Shown here one piece after another: positions 59,681 to 64,000 of a stretch of DNA of 64,000 nucleotides. The position numbers and the translations under genes are program-made. The stretch lies in contig JAHLWZ010000872.1 of assembly GCA_020536535.1 (NCBI GenBank), positions 1 through 64,000 of the forward strand. Reading direction: 5' to 3'. Numbering within the stretch: the first letter of the stretch is position 1; each line of letters starts with the position of its first letter. The notes below the pieces were generated by a model. That model was not told the origin of the DNA. It saw only the letters and a program-made list of their open reading frames with translations, and searched no databases. This DNA is from Pelomyxa schiedti. Lineage: Eukaryota; Protista; Evosea.

Positions 59681-62484
59681 TTACAGATGACATAATGAAA
59701 CAGCCACTAACAAAACAATACTCACAAACCACACAGGGTATACCATGGCAGCCACAGACGATTGCATTACTGAGGGTGATGTTGTTTGGGAATTGTATGC
59801 AGGTTCTAGTGAAGAAGCGTGGGAGGAGTACGAAGCCTGGTCATCAGCACTCCAGGATACAACACTGTGAGCCACAACACTGAGGCTGCGTGGGTAGTTC
59901 TCAATATCGTCATGGTGCCTCAGGCTGTTGGTGTTCCCCTGTCTGGCTGTTGTTTCCTTGTATTCCACAGTCAAATCAGCCTGGAATTTGATGTCCGCAC
60001 TTTGTCCCATCTCTGTTTTTGTATAAGTTAGAACTATTTGGAAATGCAAATGGGAGCACCTAGAGAGAGCCAATCTGTGTTGAATTGCAGAGAGAGGTGC
60101 ATTTTCGTTGCATCAGAGTAATAGGGTGTTGTTTGTTGGAACAGGGAAGTTACGGCTGCAGGTTGTGATACCATGTCAAATCTTTTCAGGTACAAATTTA
60201 GCATTAATTTCCATTAATTTTCAGCTTACATGAGAGCATGGAGACTGTCATTGACAAATACAAAGAAGTTTATCAAGTTTATGTGGTCTATAGAAGTGGA
60301 CGATGTCAGGTCTATCTGTACAATAGTGAGTGGCTAGGAAGTGAGTTAGGTTTCATGTCAATTAATACCAACGATATAGCATATGTCGGAGGAACGAGGC
60401 TAAATGACGTGCTTGGTTTGGAGCAGTCACTGTCACTGAACATGTCAAATGTTCCGGTCAGAGTTGCATTCACCTGGAAGAAAAGCGGTGAGATTTAAAG
60501 AGGAATTCTTCAAGTACTTGTACTGTTCCACAAAGGTCGCCTGACCACAGAGGGATCGAAAAAGTTCCGTTTTGTTTGTCAACATCACCAACCATGTACG
60601 AACAGTAGGCTCCGGTGAGGCAACTAAACTGGAAGGGAACCAAAAGTGGTTCTCCTTGGAATATACAAACATCTTTGCAGAGATTTAAAAATAACGAAAA
60701 CTAATTTCGGAAAAAGAAACCGGCGGAAAGGTAGCTGTCAATATGCCAGTACTCATAGCATGTTGTATCGAACACTGTGCAGGGTGTTCCCACGTGCTGT
60801 ATGTATATACAATTAATTTAGGATTTGATTTTCACATATTTACCGTCAGTGTTTGATTGAAAAACATATGGCTGGGCTCGATTACATAGAGGAAGATGTC
60901 ATATGGGCTTAATGTGGCCGTATAGAACTCAAGATGGAGCTTCCTGTCAACTATTCTTTTGACTGTGACCTGACAGTAGTATTATTTCACCTCAAGATAA
61001 TATAGGAGAGAACGTACATATCCAGCAACTGCAGTTGGGACGTAAGGATCGATCAGGTTTATTTGAACAAGCATCACATCTATCACCGTCGGAATAGCAA
61101 TCTAAGGTGTTCGTCAACTGCTTCTCTTTCTTTTAATAGTATACATATAAGGGAGTAGCTTCTATTGTCGCTTGCACAACTGAGGAATTAACGATATAGG
61201 TATCAAAGTTATCTGTGCACAGTAAACCATAGTGCGGGAATTGGTTGTTACAGTTGAAAATGACTTTGTAGTATAAAACAGCCGAATCAGACATGAGACC
61301 ATGGGCGCCACAGTTGTTCACGAAATATTGCCAATTGACAGTGTAAGAATAAATAATGTCACAACCAGAAACTGTCATCGTACATGCGCTTGATGGGCAC
61401 CCACAACCAACGTTTGTCTCTGTGGTTTAGTTATGGTGGATTTAATATTTTTAAAACAAATTACCTCCCCTTGACAGAATTGAGATAGGGCCCTCTCCAT
61501 TAACGATAGGTTTGGAAAAGGTTACTGTTAGAGTGTCCGGAGCAAAGAACCCACTTTGAGAAGCCACAATGGAAGCACTCCACTGATTAACTTCCATTGG
61601 GTACACATACCGGTCACACTGTGGCACTGATACAGATGTAAGAAATTGTTTATAATTTTGCAGTACTTACAAGGTATACATTTACAGGTGGCGGAGTTCA
61701 TCATATACTCATAATTGCACGGGGGACAAGCTAATATTTTAAGTTGAAAGTTGACTATAAAAGTAGCCAAATACTGTAAAAATGAATTCTCCCCATGTAA
61801 AAGCTCATTTCCAATGCAGGTTTTTGTAGACTGACCGTCATATGTCTTATTTTCCGGTTCACAAACACCTCAATTGGTGTGGTGATATTTGAATTACTTC
61901 CGTTCGTCCATTCTGCCATTTGATTGAGTGAGGAAGTATATACAGTTAAAAGTAGTAATATTACCAGGGAGCGCAGAAAGTGTGTATCCAGTCATTCCAT
62001 TGACAGCAGTTGCATTTACTTCAACTATGGAATAAGAGCCAGGAACTTTCCCCATTGGGAAAAACAGCACGGATGTGATGTTCCTCTCAGTTAGCAAGTC
62101 AATGGACAGCTGACAAATCTCCTTTGGGTCATCTCCCGACGCCATGAAATAGGAGAGACCATCAGGAACACTTGAGTTCAGCATTTTCTCAGGCCAGTAG
62201 TCTCTCCTATTTCATAATAGGAAAGGAGTTACCATCAGACCATATTATTATTGGCAATTAGAATTCTAAAGTTCAATCCAAATAAACAAACACACGCACG
62301 AGTCAGCGGGGACATTCGATGTTACACCCCAAGTGTCACCGATTGCCTGCGCGCCAGTGCTCACTGTTATCGACGCCATGGGCAGCTGTGTCCCAAACGG
62401 GGCAGATAGCACACCCACCAAACAACAACAACCCACAACAAACACAACTGAAACACCATCAGTCACTGATGACGCCATCGCCAT
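59681..62484 (-). CDS. Secreted, probably GPI-anchored Cys-rich surface protein, paralogue 2 (inverted relative to paralogue 1)
   Basis: Shared blocks FGTQLP.ASITV, SS.PDG..YF, C.L.IDLL.ERNITS, ACPPC.YEYMMN, YTVNWQYF.NNCG, ADIKFQADL.V.YK; hydrophobic C-terminus VWFVSIVLLVAVSLCHL*. Confidence 0.85.
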
Positions 62485-62835
62485 CACAACTCCTTTCGTT
62501 TATGCTTTTTGGTTTGAGTATTAGGTGCTCGATGTGCATTTTTTGAGCTGGAGGCCTAACCCCCTTTTTATGCCAATCGTTTTTCGCTTCTGAAGCTGTT
62601 CGTGGAATTGATGATCCAATACAGCCAGTTCTGGAAGAGGGAGCATGACCTTGTGATTGTGGGGGAAGCACTCATTCCTGGGAAGATCCACATTGCGAGT
62701 TTCTCTTGGCCTAACTGGTCCGTTTCGATCTCAGTTCAGAAATTTTTGTGACTTGGCAGCAGTGACTCACCAACCGACCCAATCAAATGACATACCCCCC
62801 AAAAAACACAACAAACATCAACAAATTGTCATAAA

Positions 62836-64000
62836 ATGCTTGCCCGAAGACGATATCAGTGTGAGCCTCTGCCGTCGTCGTCACCTCTGTTCGAGGTCGT
62901 GCGTGTCATCGACGCCCGAGCCCAGTTCTGCGCCCTCAGCCTCGCCTCCGTTGTTCCCCGCTGCGGGTGCCACAGCCCCGCCCACGTCTTGCCACCGTGG
63001 GTCTCGCAGGCCCTGCTCGGCCGGCCCTGGTTGATGTGCCCCTGCAGGCAGGTGTGCCTCGAAGTCGTCACGAGACTGAGGGACTCTGGGGGCTGGAGAG
63101 ACCCAAAAAAAGGCAGGAGGCGGCGCAGGGCCCGGCTGCCTTGGGGCGGCCGCATGGGCAGCGATCCCGACAGACTCACTTATGGGTTCTTGATGGTGTT
63201 TGGAATCGGGGTGTCACACACTGGTGGTGTGGCTTCATTGGAGTCAATTGTGCTCAACAATGTGAGTANNNNNNNNNNNNNNNNNNNNNNNNNNNNNNNN
63301 NNNNNNNNNNNNNNNNNNNNNNNNNNNNNNNNNNNNNNNNNNNNNNNNNNNNNNNNNNNNNNNNNNNNGGCCGCATGGGCAGCGATCCCGACAGACTCAC
63401 TTATGGGTTCTTGATGGTGTTTGGAATCGGGGTGTCACACACTGGTGGTGTGGCTTCATTGGAGTCAATTGTGCTCAACAATGTGAGTAATTGCTGCTGT
63501 TCCACTTGGAATACTGTGTTGGATGAAGGGAGGTGCTGGGAGTCTGACCAGGCTGATGTCACTAAGAACAAGGATGGATGCAGGCCAATTGGCTGGATAG
63601 GGAGAACGAGTGCTATCTTGAGGAGGTACAGGGATAATGCTCTTCTCGTGTATGACACTCGTGATCGTGAGGTGTTGTCAATTCACCACTGCATTCATAA
63701 AAGTGGCAACTTTTTACTTTGTAATGACCACTGGATGGTTGCAGTAAATGAGAGGAAGAAGTGCTTGGAAATTTGGAAAATCAAAGGAGGGAAACCGCTG
63801 GAGCCCGGTGTTCTTGTACCACTAAAAGAAGACCTCCTTGAGTGCGGCAGTTACTTCCACCGACAGTGGAAGTTTACTTCAATACTGCAGTCACAAGTCC
63901 CTCCTGGAGCTGAAGTATCAGTGATGTACATGAGGACTGAAATGCTCTCCTGGGCCTGGGCCTTTGAACAAATTGATATCTCGAAGTGTTATTCAGAGGC
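62836..64000 (+). CDS. N-terminal-motif superfamily member (runs off the window; crosses the gap at 63269-63368)
   Basis: VIDARAQFCALSLASVVPRCGCHSPAHVLPP ... VFGIGVSHTGG. Collapsing the duplicated 121 bp around the gap gives an uninterrupted frame to 64000 (..LNNVSNCCCSTW..CNDHWMV..). Confidence 0.8.
63269..63368. other. Assembly gap (100 N) flanked by the same 121-bp sequence (63148-63268 = 63369-63489)
   Basis: Direct sequence comparison. Confidence 0.95.

Noticed and set aside
63148-63489. Direct repeat flanking the third N gap
   Set aside because: Same 121-bp signature; collapsing it restores one continuous reading frame.

Overview
Eukaryotic, very gene-dense scaffold segment using the standard code, with short (about 45-110 nt) GT-AG introns, GC-rich 5' gene ends and three 100-N assembly gaps. 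Gene content (cAMP-receptor-like GPCR, DH-PH-RhoGAP, SH3-RasGEF, divergent Rabs) and the expanded intron-poor family suggest an amoebozoan, probably an archamoeba such as Pelomyxa. That assignment is inference from recall, not a database result. About 30 genes were reconstructed by eye. Confident calls: CCR4/CNOT6, two tandem Rab GTPases, KCTD-like BTB protein, 7TM GPCR, prokaryote-type saccharopine/lysine dehydrogenase, UDP-glucose 6-dehydrogenase, PP5/PPEF-like phosphatase, EF-hand protein, C1 protein, SMI1/KNR4 protein, RhoGEF-RhoGAP, five-repeat secreted protein, adenylate kinase, transketolase, proteasome alpha5, truncated DCC1, OST4, SH3-SH3-RasGEF and two inverted GPI-anchored paralogues. 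Main leads: (1) a superfamily sharing an N-terminal Q-x-x-AL...PRCG..S...LW.W motif on different C-terminal scaffolds, an E3-adaptor-like architecture; (2) a 100-bp near-perfect inverted repeat that appears to come from a decayed member of that family; (3) a PTS2-bearing first exon on a prokaryote-type dehydrogenase; (4) an inverted two-gene cassette at 54-64 kb. No rRNA, tRNA or CRISPR array was found. Multi-exon CDS coordinates are gene spans.
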